Assembly (NCBI GenBank): GCA_963809485.1
Contig: CAWEJX010000021.1
Location: 96,001 to 160,000, forward strand
Direction of reading: 5' to 3'
Origin: an uncultured Acidobacteriota bacterium
Lineage (GTDB): Bacteria > Acidobacteriota > UBA6911
Length of the DNA stretch: 64,000 nucleotides
How positions within the stretch are numbered: the stretch's first letter is position 1; every line of letters begins with the position of its first letter. The notes under the pieces are model-generated. The model saw nothing but the letters and a program-made list of their open reading frames with translations. It was not told where the DNA came from and made no database searches. Position numbers and translations under genes: made by a program. Positions 42,435 to 56,606 of this stretch are shown here, in pieces.

Positions 42435-43379
42435 ATGCCGATTGCACCTCAAGCATCGACAGCCGCGCAGCAGGTCGACACGGTCTTTCTCTTTATTGTC
42501 GCGGTGAGCCTTGCGTTCCTGCTCCTCATCACCATCCTGATGGTGTATTTCGTCATCCGGTACAACCGGAAGCGGCATCCGAAGGGCGAAGATATCGAGG
42601 GAAGCAAATGGCTGGAAATTGTCTGGACGATTATACCGACTGTTCTTTTCCTGGGGATGTTTTATTACGGCTGGACCAATTTCGACTACATGCGCAGCGT
42701 TCCCCGCGACGCCATGGTCGTCGAGGTCACTGCGCGCCAATGGGCTTATTCGTTCACTTATCCCAACGGAAAGCGCACCACGGAGCTCTATCTCGCTCTG
42801 AATAAGCCGGTCAAAACAGAACTTCATTCTCTGGATGTGATCCACGGCTTTTACGTGCCGGCCTTCCGCATAAAACAGGACATCGTCCCCGGCCGTCAGA
42901 ACTACACATGGTTCACCCCGACGATGCTCGGAAGCTTTGACATCGAATGCACCGTAATCTGCGGCCCCGGCCACGCGGAGATGCTGTCGAAGGTCATCGT
43001 GGTTCCGGTCCCGGATTTCGAGGCCTGGTATTTTGGCGATGAGAACACGCCCTTGCCCGGAGCGGCAAAGACCGAAGCCCCGGAGCGGCAGGATCCGGCA
43101 ATAGCGCTTCTCCGCCAAAAGGATTGCCTGGCCTGCCACTCGCTGGACGGCAAGGTGATGGTGGGGCCCACATTCAAGGGAATCTTCGGCCGGACCCAAA
43201 TGGTCAAGGATCCCGACGGCAAGGAGCGCGAGATCACGGTGGATGCATCCAGCCTGGAGAAGTCGATCCGCGATCCCAACGCCGAGATTGTGAAGGGGTA
43301 CCCGGCGGCCATGCCGCCTGCGGCTTTGACCGACGACGAGCTGAACCGGATGGTCGAATTCCTCAAAAGCCTGAAATAA
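42435..43379 (+). CDS. ctaC: Oxidase subunit II with CuA site and C-terminal cytochrome c
   Basis: LEIVWTIIP, DVIHGF, CTVICGPGHAEM, CLACH. Confidence 0.93.
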   Translation: MPIAPQASTAAQQVDTVFLFIVAVSLAFLLLITILMVYFVIRYNRKRHPKGEDIEGSKWLEIVWTIIPTVLFLGMFYYGWTNFDYMRSVPRDAMVVEVTARQWAYSFTYPNGKRTTELYLALNKPVKTELHSLDVIHGFYVPAFRIKQDIVPGRQNYTWFTPTMLGSFDIECTVICGPGHAEMLSKVIVVPVPDFEAWYFGDENTPLPGAAKTEAPERQDPAIALLRQKDCLACHSLDGKVMVGPTFKGIFGRTQMVKDPDGKEREITVDASSLEKSIRDPNAEIVKGYPAAMPPAALTDDELNRMVEFLKSLK

Positions 43380-43435
43380 TCCGGATACACACGGACATCC
43401 CGCATTCCCGAAACCGGAAACAGAAACGGATCTGT

Positions 43436-47721
<4,286 letters not shown>

Positions 47722-47736
47722 TTATGTCCTGTAACG

Positions 47737-48207
47737 GGCCTGAATGCAAAAATGGTGCATTGACGAGCGAGTGCATGATCGCCGTATCTGACATCCAAAA
47801 GTACCAAATGCTCGCGCACAGAATCAAGGAACTCGCTTTGAGTCGGATAGGTAGCCTTCATAGGCGGTCTTGCAGGATGGACCGTTATTTTTTTGATCTC
47901 AGGTGGAGGTGCGTAGCCGCTTCTCCAGTATAGTTGGGGCAGAGAGATTCCGAACCGTTCCATATGAGAATCGATTATGTCCTTGCTGGATAATAAGCCT
48001 TGGAAAATATCCGGCTGCATTGCAGTGATGAACCGGAACCGCAGCTCGTGATAGTCTGTAATTCCTGCTGAAAGATACATGGATGCAACGGCTTGAGGAC
48101 TTTCTTAGGGTTCGCTCTGTGTATGTATGCGAGTGAGGAACAGACGGTCCGGTTTGAGGTTTGAGGAAAGGATTCGGGCGAAATTCCGGTATCCTGCAGG
48201 ATATGAA
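47737..48207 (-). pseudogene. Decayed duplicate of the 3' half of the methyltransferase at 54781-55689
   Basis: Nucleotide-level match to ~54854-55325; GITDYHELRFRFITAMQPDIFQG is identical in both. Confidence 0.85.
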
Positions 48208-48649
48208 CAACGAGCGCTGAGGTAAAGCGATCCAGATAGCTTCTTATGGTAGTGTCCGCGACACCAAACGACCGGGCGAATTCCGATGAGTTCCATACTT
48301 GCCCATGATAGTGAGCCAACATTGTCCAGAACCGGCGCATGGTTGTTGAATTGATGCTTATGCCCAATTGGGGCAAATCACGCTCCAGAAAAGTACGGAT
48401 GAAACCCTTGCGCCACTCGTTACTCTCATTTGGAAAGTGCACCAGATAGGAGCGCGGAAGGCTGCAGCGAAACCATAGCTTTTCATGCTTCGCCGCGCCC
48501 AGCTCCTTTAGCGTAAAACAACCGATTTCGTGATAAAAAATGCGGCCGGCCAGGCCTTCCGAGCTTTGACGCAAAAGATCTAGAGATGCGCTTCCCAGCA
48601 CAAGAAAGGTGCGCACCTCTGCGCCCAAAACCCTTTTCAAAAGCCTCAC
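48208..48649 (-). pseudogene. Internal fragment of an AAA+ ATPase (DUF4143-associated family)
   Basis: FLVLGSASLDLLRQSSEGLAGRI, TFLERDLPQLG, RRFWTMLAHYHGQ; both ends missing. Confidence 0.8.
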
Positions 48650-48965
48650 TTTTAGGTCAAGATCCCACCGAATTTGATGAATGGGGCGATTTTGACCCCG
48701 AAGTTTACATAAGCCATAATTATCAGCAGTTGAAAGAGAGTGCCAAAGGAGCTATGTCCGGGAGGCCTATGACCAAAACGGCAGTTAATGCTTCCTAGCG
48801 CGGCCGCTGGCCGCAACCAAGGATATTGGATGCTGACGGTGAGGCCGCGCGCTATCAGCTGTCAGCTTTCAGCGGTCAGCCTCTGAACATAATTGCGGAA
48901 GTGCTTGGTTTTAAAAGGGAAGCAAAACTTCGTTGTAAAACGCAAAGAAGTCATAGATAAAGATT

Positions 48966-49097
48966 CTATCCATTCCGACAACGCTTAATGGCGGAAAGCA
49001 CCTTCAGGTGCAAGATTGTCAGCCAAGACCGGTTTTTCTCAATGAAGTTTTTTCCTGCCGCACGAATAATGTCCGCCATCTCAAAGGGCGGCTGCAT
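48966..49097 (-). pseudogene. N-terminal fragment of an IS91-like transposase
   Basis: MQPPFEMADIIRAAG...LKVLSAIKRCR; TGATG overlap with the upstream recombinase. Confidence 0.65.
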
Positions 49098-49594
49098 CAC
49101 TGAGGTTGTTTCCTCCCGGAACGTTTCACCTCGGCAACATCCGATATGGCCAGGGCATCCAACGGATTCGGACAGGCGTGCAAATGGCGTTGGGATAAAT
49201 GTAAATAGATGGTTGTATAGGTAATGCTGCTATGGCCAAGCAGCATTTGGATGGTCCGCAGATCCGCCCCTGCCTCCAGAAGATGTGTCGCAAATGAGTG
49301 TCTACAATTATGGCAGCCTACCGCTTTTTGCACTCCTGCTTTCCTGGCTGTGGATCGGCAGATATCAAATATGCCTTTCGTTGTGATAGGCGACCCCTTC
49401 CTCACTTTGTAGCGGCTCGGAAAAAGATGCGTCTGCGGTTTCATCCAGCGCCAATACTCCCGCAATGTTTCCAGTAGCTTCGGACTGAGCGGCATATCTT
49501 GGTCCTTTCCTCCTTTTCCTCGATGAATGCGAACCATCATGCGCTTGCTGTCGATATCGCCGATGGCAAGATGAGCCAGTTCCGCACAGCGCAT
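49097..49594 (-). pseudogene. C-terminal catalytic half of a tyrosine recombinase (IS91-associated type)
   Basis: GKGGKD, HNCRHSFATHLLEAGADLRTIQMLLGH, Y; N-terminus missing. Confidence 0.85.
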
Positions 49595-50016
49595 TCCGGT
49601 CGAATAGAGCGCGTGTGGTGAAGAAACTCAGAAGCCCCATAATTGCGCGGCGCTTAATCGGTTGGAAGCGGGGATAAGCTGCAATTTTGGTCAACATTAC
49701 GGGCTGCAATTCCAGGCCCGTGCTTCAACTGGGTACGATGTCTAACTCATCTGTTGGAGTCAGGGAAGTGAACTGTAACCTGCGGATACTTTCTGCGAGC
49801 ATGCAGCGTGGCGCCCAGCTTCAGATGCCAGACCAGATCAAGCCGCTTTGCGGTACTATTCCATGGATATGAAGCATTAACTGCCGTTTTGGTCATAGGC
49901 CTCCCGGAGATACCTCCTTTGGCACCCTCTTTCAACTGCTGAAAGGAATTAGGATTCAAGGAATTAGGATTCTATAAGGCGAGACAGGGTACGCTCCGAA
50001 ATAAAGCGCTTGACGC

Positions 50017-50394
50017 TTACGCAGCGGATCCTTTGACAGCATATGGACGAATCAGAACATCGGCGGATATGCCGAGGCCGGTGTGCAGCTTGCGAATCAT
50101 TTCAATGGAAAGCGCCCGCTTCCGATTCAGCACTTCCGCGACTCGGGCACGACTGCCTAGATAGGGCTCCAGATCCCGTCGCTCCAGCCCCCGGCTTTCC
50201 ATGTGATAGATCAGCGCTTCGATAGGGTCCGGCGGTTCAATCGGTTCGTGCAGTGACTCGTAATGTTCCACCAGTGTCGTCAGAACCTCAAGCCGGTCCC
50301 CCGCCGGTGTGCCGGGCGCCGCGTCCATCAGACGCTCGATCTCAGCCAAGGCCTCTCGATAATCCACATCGGTCTTAATCGGCCGAATTTTCAT
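50017..50394 (-). CDS. higA: HigA-type antitoxin
   Basis: IRPIKTDVDYREAL, PDPIEA, HTH VAEVLNRKRALSIEMIRKLH. Confidence 0.9.
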   Translation of the reverse strand: MKIRPIKTDVDYREALAEIERLMDAAPGTPAGDRLEVLTTLVEHYESLHEPIEPPDPIEALIYHMESRGLERRDLEPYLGSRARVAEVLNRKRALSIEMIRKLHTGLGISADVLIRPYAVKGSAA

Positions 50395-50400
50395 AAAACC

Positions 50401-50694
50401 TCACACTTGCTCGACATCGATCCCGTCATACTCCTCGTGAGTGCCGACAAATCGTATATAACAGATCTGATAAGGATAATTGATTGCCACCACCAGCCGA
50501 TATCGGTTTCCCTTGATGTTAAACACGACCCGGTTTCGGCCGAGAATGCTGGCATTTGCATACTTGCGTTTGACATCTGCCGGAGATTTCCAGGCCGCAG
50601 TCTGAACGTCGTAATACCAAGCCCGGAGACTTTGCTCTGCATCCGGATGGCGCTCCCAGAATTCCCTCAGAGTCCGCCGCGCGATAATGCGCAT
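50401..50694 (-). CDS. higB: HigB-type toxin
   Basis: MRIIARRTLREFW, RVVFNIKGNRYRLV, FVGTHEEYD; toxin precedes antitoxin. Confidence 0.92.
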   Translation of the reverse strand: MRIIARRTLREFWERHPDAEQSLRAWYYDVQTAAWKSPADVKRKYANASILGRNRVVFNIKGNRYRLVVAINYPYQICYIRFVGTHEEYDGIDVEQV

Positions 50695-50709
50695 AAGCAA
50701 GTATACGGC

Positions 50710-50726
50710 GCTCCCATTATGGGAGC
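50710..50726. promoter_or_regulatory. Palindrome, candidate HigA operator
   Basis: GCTCCCA-TTA-TGGGAGC just upstream of higB. Confidence 0.7.
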
Positions 50727-51066
50727 AAAGGAAAATATTCTCTTGATCGACGGTGTTGCCCCATTTTGCAGGCTGATTTCAGCGTTTCAGGATTTTCCGC
50801 AACCGCCGGAAGCAAGGCCGCGTCAATCGGGAAGGTCCTTCCGGATATAAGGGATCGTCTTCATGACCACCGGGATGAAACCGACGATAAGCTTGCAGCG
50901 CTGGCATTCAAAATCTGGCGAGCTGAGAAACTTACAAAATTGGCTGGAGTCCATTGAGAGTCCATTAACAGACTCTCAAAAAGAACGCCTTTAGAATCCA
51001 TGGTCTGCAATAGTCAGCAATCAACACCATAGGCGCTAAATTTTTTGTTTTCAATTCACGTTCAAT

Positions 51067-51111
51067 TTCCCAAGCTGGACGTCGCGGGTTCTATCACCGT
51101 CTCCCGCTCCA
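51067..51111 (+). other. 3' half of tRNA-Gly(CCC), att-core remnant
   Basis: TTCCCAAGCTGGACGTCGCGGGTTCTATCACCGTCTCCCGCTCCA: anticodon loop to CCA with a damaged T-arm and no 5' half. Confidence 0.8.
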
Positions 51112-51162
51112 TAGAATAAAGTTACAGAAGATCCCCCGAGCGGCAGAGTCGAATAGAGTCCA

Positions 51163-51421
51163 TTAAGCCTCCAAAACCCTCTCCAAAGCATTCACCGCGT
51201 TTTTCCGGCAGCTGATTGACACGATCGAGTACAGGTTTTCGTTCACATCAACCGAATGCCCCATCTGTTCCGCCCGTATCTGCGGGTCGACGTCCAGTTC
51301 TTTCAAAAAGGGAACTGTGGGTTCGCCGCATGACCTGGAAATTTGCCCAAGCCAATCCGGCTGTCTTGAGTTCCGGCAGGAAACCGCGCCTCCAATAGTT
51401 GTCTTTTGCCAGAGGTGTCGT
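51163..51421 (-). pseudogene. C-terminal remnant of a tyrosine integrase (two frameshifts)
   Basis: TTPLAKDNYWRR...WANFQVMRRTHSSL / ELDVDPQIRAEQMGHSVDVN / LYS...NAVNALERVLEA*; points toward the tRNA fragment. Confidence 0.72.
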
Positions 51422-51727
51422 TAGTACCAGCTAAGCGCACGGCCTCTGGCCCTGCGACCCTGACAGGCTAAGCCGTTCCGTCTGTTGGAATAACCTCTCC
51501 CTCCGGGGAAAGCCCATATGGGCAGGAGGAAGAGCGCATGGAAGACCTTGAGGATTTGGCACATGTGCACTGGGTTGGTGAAAGTACCGTATCCACTGTG
51601 GTCTGCAATGAATATACCGGCATAGTCCATGCCCTATCCTTAAATCCTTGCTCTGCGCGCCACGCTACGGCTCGATTTCGCCTCAGCCCTTATCGTGCCA
51701 TTACCTTTACCAAAGTATTGGCCTAGC

Positions 51728-51752
51728 AAAAAGGCTGCTCGGAAGAGCGGCC
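51728..51752 (-). terminator. Intrinsic terminator after the PEP-CTERM gene
   Basis: Minus strand GGCCGCTC-TTCC-GAGCAGCC-TTTTT. Confidence 0.6.
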
Positions 51753-51792
51753 CTCAATTGGTGAGGGAGCATGAATGTTGCAGATAACGCTG

Positions 51793-52404
51793 CTATTTTC
51801 GCCTGCGCCATGCTGCCAGTGCTAACCCAATGAGTCCGCTGCTCAAGAGAAAAATTGTTCCCGGCTCCGGCGCCTCTAAGTCCTGAGTCTCGATGACAAG
51901 GGCAATGGAACCTACGCTATAGTGGCAATCCGGATCGAAGCTCAGACTGAAATGGCTGTTGTTGTTCACATAGCCGGCCAACCAATCGACCAAGCCGAGC
52001 GTGCTGAAGTTGAATGTCAGAGTTTCGGGAGATCCGTAATGCAAATCATTGTAGTCTGCAATCGGAATGCCGACCCTGCTGACAAAGACATCCGAAGGAT
52101 TCTGATTATCCCAGGTTGGGGCAGATAATCCCTCGAGTCCAGTGCCGCTGCTGCCATTGTCGAGCAGGCGCATGTGAAGGACATTGGGTTCACTCGCCCA
52201 ATTGTCAATTCCTGTGATGGTGAGATTGGCTTCTGTGATGGATTGGCTGGTGGGAAGCGACCACTGGATTCCCCATTCGTAGGCATAATGATGATCGAGA
52301 GGCAGCAGCTCTGCAGGCGCCGTGAATGTGAAGGTGTCCGCCGCAGCGATAGATACCGAAAACATGAAGATACATGCGGCTAATGTAAGGAAACGGGCGT
52401 TCAT
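51793..52404 (-). CDS. PEP-CTERM sorting-domain protein
   Basis: Signal peptide; C-terminal APEPGTIFLLSSGLIGLALAAWRRRK; AGGAGG RBS. Confidence 0.92.
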   Translation of the reverse strand: MNARFLTLAACIFMFSVSIAAADTFTFTAPAELLPLDHHYAYEWGIQWSLPTSQSITEANLTITGIDNWASEPNVLHMRLLDNGSSGTGLEGLSAPTWDNQNPSDVFVSRVGIPIADYNDLHYGSPETLTFNFSTLGLVDWLAGYVNNNSHFSLSFDPDCHYSVGSIALVIETQDLEAPEPGTIFLLSSGLIGLALAAWRRRK

Positions 52405-52472
52405 AAATCCTCCTTATTTATCTTTTCTATCTGGGGGAGGGAACCACAGAAGGGAATGATCAATCCCTATTA

Positions 52473-52489
52473 CGCAACATTTGTGCCAA
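52473..52489 (-). promoter_or_regulatory. Sigma54 -24/-12 promoter
   Basis: Minus strand TTGGCACAAATGTTGCG matches TGGCAC-N5-TTGC. Confidence 0.8.
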
Positions 52490-52599
52490 AAGGCACTCCG
52501 GTTTGGGCATTCACCTTACAACCGATGATTTCATTAGCTTTACCTTCACAATGCAGCCTTGAATAATGCTCAGCCACACTTGCTGAGAATTAGGGGTAA

Positions 52600-52616
52600 T
52601 GTAAAAGATTTCGACA
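52600..52616. promoter_or_regulatory. TGT-N11-ACA candidate enhancer site
   Basis: TGTAAAAGATTTCGACA about 110 bp upstream of the sigma54 site; a similar CGTAAGGAATTCCGACA lies near 52689. Confidence 0.5.
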
Positions 52617-52877
52617 TATATGCTGAAGGCATTTTTCACGTAGATCCTTAATGATTGACAAATAAGAATTACCCCTAATAAATCTGGTCGTAAGGAATTC
52701 CGACACTATAGATCTTAGGGTATTCGCCTCAACCGCTGCGAATCTAAGAAATCGTTGCAGCCCTTTGAGTTGATAACAGAAAGATGCGTGATTGAACCGC
52801 GCTGCTACATTTTTCAAATCGCGCTCGCTTGCGATAACCGCTCAAAACGGATCGGAATTTGCGGTCTGTCATTTTCA

Positions 52878-53235
52878 TTGCCATTCGCCTCGAAGGTACG
52901 TGCAGTCTACGACGGCCGTGAGGTCGGCGTCATGAATGCCTGCGGCCACGATCTTCATACCGCCATTCTGATGGGAGTTGCCGAAGTCCTGGCCGGCGTT
53001 CGCAGCGATCTTCCCGGCAGCGTAAAGTTCCTTTCCCAGCCTGCCGAAGCGGGAGCCCTATCCGGCGAACAAGACCGCGCAGCGCCCATGATTCGAGAAG
53101 GCGCTCTCGACAATCCCCGGCCGGAAGCCATCCTCGGACTGCACATGGACCTCTGCCCTTTCGGCGAAATCCACTGTCGTCCGTGACCCATAATGGCAAG
53201 CTCGGATTCCCTCAAAATCCGTGTGCACAGCCGGC
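52878..53235 (+). pseudogene. Internal fragment of an M20 amidohydrolase
   Basis: LPFASK, VMNACGHDLH, QPAEAG, GLH, then a stop, then PIMASSD. Confidence 0.8.
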
Positions 53236-53841
53236 GGTGGCGACGGAACGTTTGTCGTGGTTTCCCGACGGACGGGTTTTGTATCGCCTGAAGCATCGAT
53301 GGCCCGAATTCGTCGGCGCGACGGCACATTGGTTTGGGTCTTAACCACCACATTCGGTACTCCTATGGGCAGGGACCGGATGGTTTTTGTCTCTATGGAT
53401 GTGGATATCACTGAGCGCAAAAGGGCAGAGGAGGAGCTGATGCAGAAGAACATTGCGCTTGGCGAGATGCTTAAGCAGATAGATTTTGAAAAGGAGAAAG
53501 TAAAGAAAGAGATCACGGTCAACGTCGAACTATTGCTCATTCCGACCTTAAAAAAACTGTATTTAAAAAGAGGCTCGAATAAATATGTTCGGTTACTCGA
53601 GCATAATCTCAGGGAAATAACTACATCTTTTGGCTTGAAGATAACCGATAAAAAGAGCAGGCTCACTTCCAAGGAAATTGAGCTTTGCAATATGGTTAAG
53701 AGCGGGCTATCTAGTAAGGATATATCAGAATTACTTAATGTTTCTTCTCTTACGGTAAGTAAACACCGCAGAAATATCCGCAAGAAATTGAGAATTTCTA
53801 ATAAGGACGTCAATCTAGCTTCTTTCCTAAAGACTCTTTAG
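53221..53841 (+). CDS. PAC fragment + LuxR-type HTH regulator, probably 5'-truncated
   Basis: RRRDGTLVWV, DITERKRAEEEL, LTSKEIELCNMVKSGLSSKDISELL...TVSKHRRNIRKKL; AT-rich. Confidence 0.7.
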   Translation: MCTAGGGDGTFVVVSRRTGFVSPEASMARIRRRDGTLVWVLTTTFGTPMGRDRMVFVSMDVDITERKRAEEELMQKNIALGEMLKQIDFEKEKVKKEITVNVELLLIPTLKKLYLKRGSNKYVRLLEHNLREITTSFGLKITDKKSRLTSKEIELCNMVKSGLSSKDISELLNVSSLTVSKHRRNIRKKLRISNKDVNLASFLKTL

Positions 53842-54137
53842 ATACAAATCATCCCTGTTTATCAGTGAGTATTATGCATACTCATTCCAGCCCCATTTAA
53901 GTCTCATTGTCAAATTTCTGGACCAGTTTATCCTCTAAATAAAAGAAGGTAGACCTGTTACATAACCTTGTTTTGGGGGAAACCATCTGGAATGTCAGGA
54001 CTATTCATCTCAACACGCTGTGATATGAGGCAGCTGGCAACACGTCACTGTCCTTCATTGCTCGAGATCAACGACGACATCCCCCCGATCCACTATCCTA
54101 TAACCAGTTAAATAATTATGCCTGGAAAGGAGCACAA

Positions 54138-54554
54138 TTGGCCGGAATAAAACTAGTGGTTGCCGATGATAACGACAGTTTTCGCAAGGCTTTGGTTCGG
54201 TTCCTGAGCAATTATTTTGTGGTTCTCGATGCTGTGACAGATGGCGGGGAGCTTATTAACTCCGCAACCTTATTGAATCCGGATGTGATCGTCAGTGATG
54301 TTTGCATGCCGATAATCACAGGGCCGGAAGCGATGCACGAATTAAACACACGAGGGATTACAATTCCCTTCGTTTTTGTCAGCGCAGGAGAGAACAAAAT
54401 CGGGGACCACGTTTTATTTGTCTCCAAGGACAAAATTACGCATCAGTTGCTGCCGGCCATCCAAAAAATTGTATCGGATTCGCCATTTGTTTCGCACAAA
54501 ACTCTTACAGCGGACGATCGCCGGCCAGGTCAAGTGCTCTTGGAACAAAGATAA
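54138..54554 (+). CDS. Stand-alone response regulator receiver
   Basis: VVADDN, PDVIVSDVCMP, FVS, K; AAGGAG RBS before TTG. Confidence 0.75.
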   Translation: MAGIKLVVADDNDSFRKALVRFLSNYFVVLDAVTDGGELINSATLLNPDVIVSDVCMPIITGPEAMHELNTRGITIPFVFVSAGENKIGDHVLFVSKDKITHQLLPAIQKIVSDSPFVSHKTLTADDRRPGQVLLEQR

Positions 54555-54780
54555 TGCAGTTTGGAGTTTCTGCTGTAGGGTATGTCATCCTTCTAATCTT
54601 CGCGCTTCTTTTTTTCAGAGGTGCAAGTTTCAGGCCAACCCGCGTGTTCTCGACTTCCAACAACGGTGACGGGAACAAACTACTGCGGAACTTGAAACTC
54701 CCTTTGTTGCAGCGCACTCCGACGTTTTCGCTGACTGCGACATTTGGGTAGGCGTGCCAGCCCGCCTCCTGGAGTAGCCG

Positions 54781-55689
54781 TTAGTGCTTCAACAGTTCTC
54801 CCAATCGCCGATTATATTGGCATCTATCGTTAGAGTCCCCAAATTCACCCACAGGCCTGAACGCAAAAATGGGGCATTGATGAGCGAGCGCGTGATCCCC
54901 GTATCCGACATACAACAGCTGAAAATGCTCGCGCACGGAATCAAGGAACTCGTTTTGAGTCGGATAGGTAGCCTTCATGGGCGGGATTCCGGTCCGGGCC
55001 GGAAGGTTTTTTATCTCAGGTGGAGGTACGTAGCCGGTCCTCCGGTATAGTTCGGGCAGAAAGATTCCGAACCGCTCCATATGAGAATCGATTATGTCCT
55101 TGCTGGATAATACGCCCTGGAAAATATCCGGCTGCATTGCAGTGATGAACCGGAACCGCAGCTCGTGATAGTCTGTAATTCCTTCTGAAAGATACAGGGC
55201 GGCAACGTCTTGAGGATTTTCCTTGGGTTCGCACTGTGTGTGTATGCGGGTCAGGAACAGGCCGCCCGGCTTGAGGTTTGAGGAAAGGATGCGGGCAAAA
55301 TTCCGGTATCCTTCAGGATATGAAAAGATGTTAAAAACACCGTCTCCAATAATTGCGTCAAATCTCTGAGGTACAAAGGGCAGATGTACCCAATCGGCCT
55401 GGACCAATTGTTTCCCATGATCACAGTCTCCGAGCCCAAAGGCACGAACCATAGCCTCCGAATTGTCTACCACTGTGAGCGTGGTCTTATCGGGCGGAAT
55501 CATGTTGACAATTTCCGGTGTGATGCCCAGTACAAGCATTTGGATTGCGGAATGATCGATTCTTTGGCGTATCCATCCGGCTACCAGGCTCTCCATGATG
55601 GCAGTTTCCTGCCGGCTCGGCCGCCAGGGCGATTTCATCCTTCTGTAGACTTCGGTCGAATGATCCCAAAAATCACCTTTCATCTGCAT
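54781..55689 (-). CDS. Class I SAM-dependent methyltransferase-like protein (LG[IV]TPE type)
   Basis: PWRPS, LVLGITPE, VVDNSEAM, ADWVHLP, FDAIIGDG. Confidence 0.8.
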   Translation of the reverse strand: MQMKGDFWDHSTEVYRRMKSPWRPSRQETAIMESLVAGWIRQRIDHSAIQMLVLGITPEIVNMIPPDKTTLTVVDNSEAMVRAFGLGDCDHGKQLVQADWVHLPFVPQRFDAIIGDGVFNIFSYPEGYRNFARILSSNLKPGGLFLTRIHTQCEPKENPQDVAALYLSEGITDYHELRFRFITAMQPDIFQGVLSSKDIIDSHMERFGIFLPELYRRTGYVPPPEIKNLPARTGIPPMKATYPTQNEFLDSVREHFQLLYVGYGDHALAHQCPIFAFRPVGEFGDSNDRCQYNRRLGELLKH

Positions 55690-55724
55690 TCTCCGGATGC
55701 GCTATTAATTAAGCGCGAGGGCCA

Positions 55725-56579
55725 ATGATTTCAAGAAAGAAAATCAGCATCCTCCTGCATAAAAAGGATTCTCCCTTCCGGCAGAATAGTCATCTGATCT
55801 GGGGCATAGCGCCCATTTGGCGGGAAATGGGTTTTAAAGTCGAAGTTTTAAGGGGAATCCCCGGGCTCAACCTAAAAACGGATTTATTGCTGCCTCACAT
55901 AGATTTGACCCGGGTGCCCGAGGAATACGCGGACTACACGGCCGGCGTTCCGCACGTCCTGAACCGGCAAGTGACCGACATTTCCAAACGCCGCATCAGC
56001 GGGAACCTGCTTTGCCGGAACGATGTGTACGACGCGCCCGTAATAGTCAAAACCGATAACAACTGCGGGGGATTCCCGGAGCTGAAACTGAGCCCTTACT
56101 TGCGGGCGAAGCGAAGGCTGCTCCGTCTTGCGGGCATCAGGTCGTCCCTGAATGCCAGTGGATCCGGCGGCTTCGTGCTGGACAAATACCTCTTATTCCC
56201 GACACTCGGGCAAGTTCCGGCGGAAGTCTGGTCGAATCCGGATCTGGTTGTGGAAAAATTCATCCCGGAACGCCGGGAACAGTCTTACGGCATACGGGTC
56301 GCTCTGTTCCTGGGGAATATTGTGCTGAACCGGAGATTATGGTCAACGGACCCGGTCATCAAGGGATTGCCGGCGCTTTCCGAAACGCTGGATGTGCCTG
56401 AGGAGCTTCTCGAAATAAGGGACCGGCTGGGCTTTGATTACGGGAAATTCGATTATGTGGTGCATCAGGGCAAAGTCCATATTATTGATGCCAACAAAAC
56501 GCCCGGGATCCTGGCGTCGGGCGAAGTCAGCGCGAGTATTTGCGGCAAACTGGCAAAGGGCATCCTGAGCTATTTATGA
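55725..56579 (+). CDS. ATP-grasp-like protein
   Basis: PVIVKTDNNCGG, VVEKFIPE, GFDYGKFDYV...IIDANKTPG resemble RimK-type ATP-grasp motifs. Confidence 0.65.
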   Translation: MISRKKISILLHKKDSPFRQNSHLIWGIAPIWREMGFKVEVLRGIPGLNLKTDLLLPHIDLTRVPEEYADYTAGVPHVLNRQVTDISKRRISGNLLCRNDVYDAPVIVKTDNNCGGFPELKLSPYLRAKRRLLRLAGIRSSLNASGSGGFVLDKYLLFPTLGQVPAEVWSNPDLVVEKFIPERREQSYGIRVALFLGNIVLNRRLWSTDPVIKGLPALSETLDVPEELLEIRDRLGFDYGKFDYVVHQGKVHIIDANKTPGILASGEVSASICGKLAKGILSYL

Positions 56580-56606
56580 ACACGCACATAGGATCCGGGA
56601 GACGCA

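Larger units (their letters stand above)
48723..49942. repeat. Pair of 72-bp inverted repeats (48723-48794 and 49871-49942, 3 mismatches)
   Basis: TCAGCAGTTGAAAGAG...GGCCTATGACCAAAACGGCAGTTAATGCTTC; a 15-bp tandem duplication follows at 49943-49972. Confidence 0.85.

Noticed and set aside
48650-48735. WGDFDPEVYISHNY as a fragment of an NNMT-like methyltransferase
   Set aside because: Too short to support without a search.
49700-49870. Integron attC site near the recombinase and higBA
   Set aside because: A GTCTAAC is present but no paired core or hairpin was found, and the recombinase is not IntI-like.
51067-51111. Functional tRNA gene
   Set aside because: The 5' half is absent and the T-arm is damaged.
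53184-53186. In-frame TGA in the amidohydrolase fragment as possible Sec
   Set aside because: The position corresponds to Gly, there is no redox motif, and the fragment has other damage and lacks both ends.
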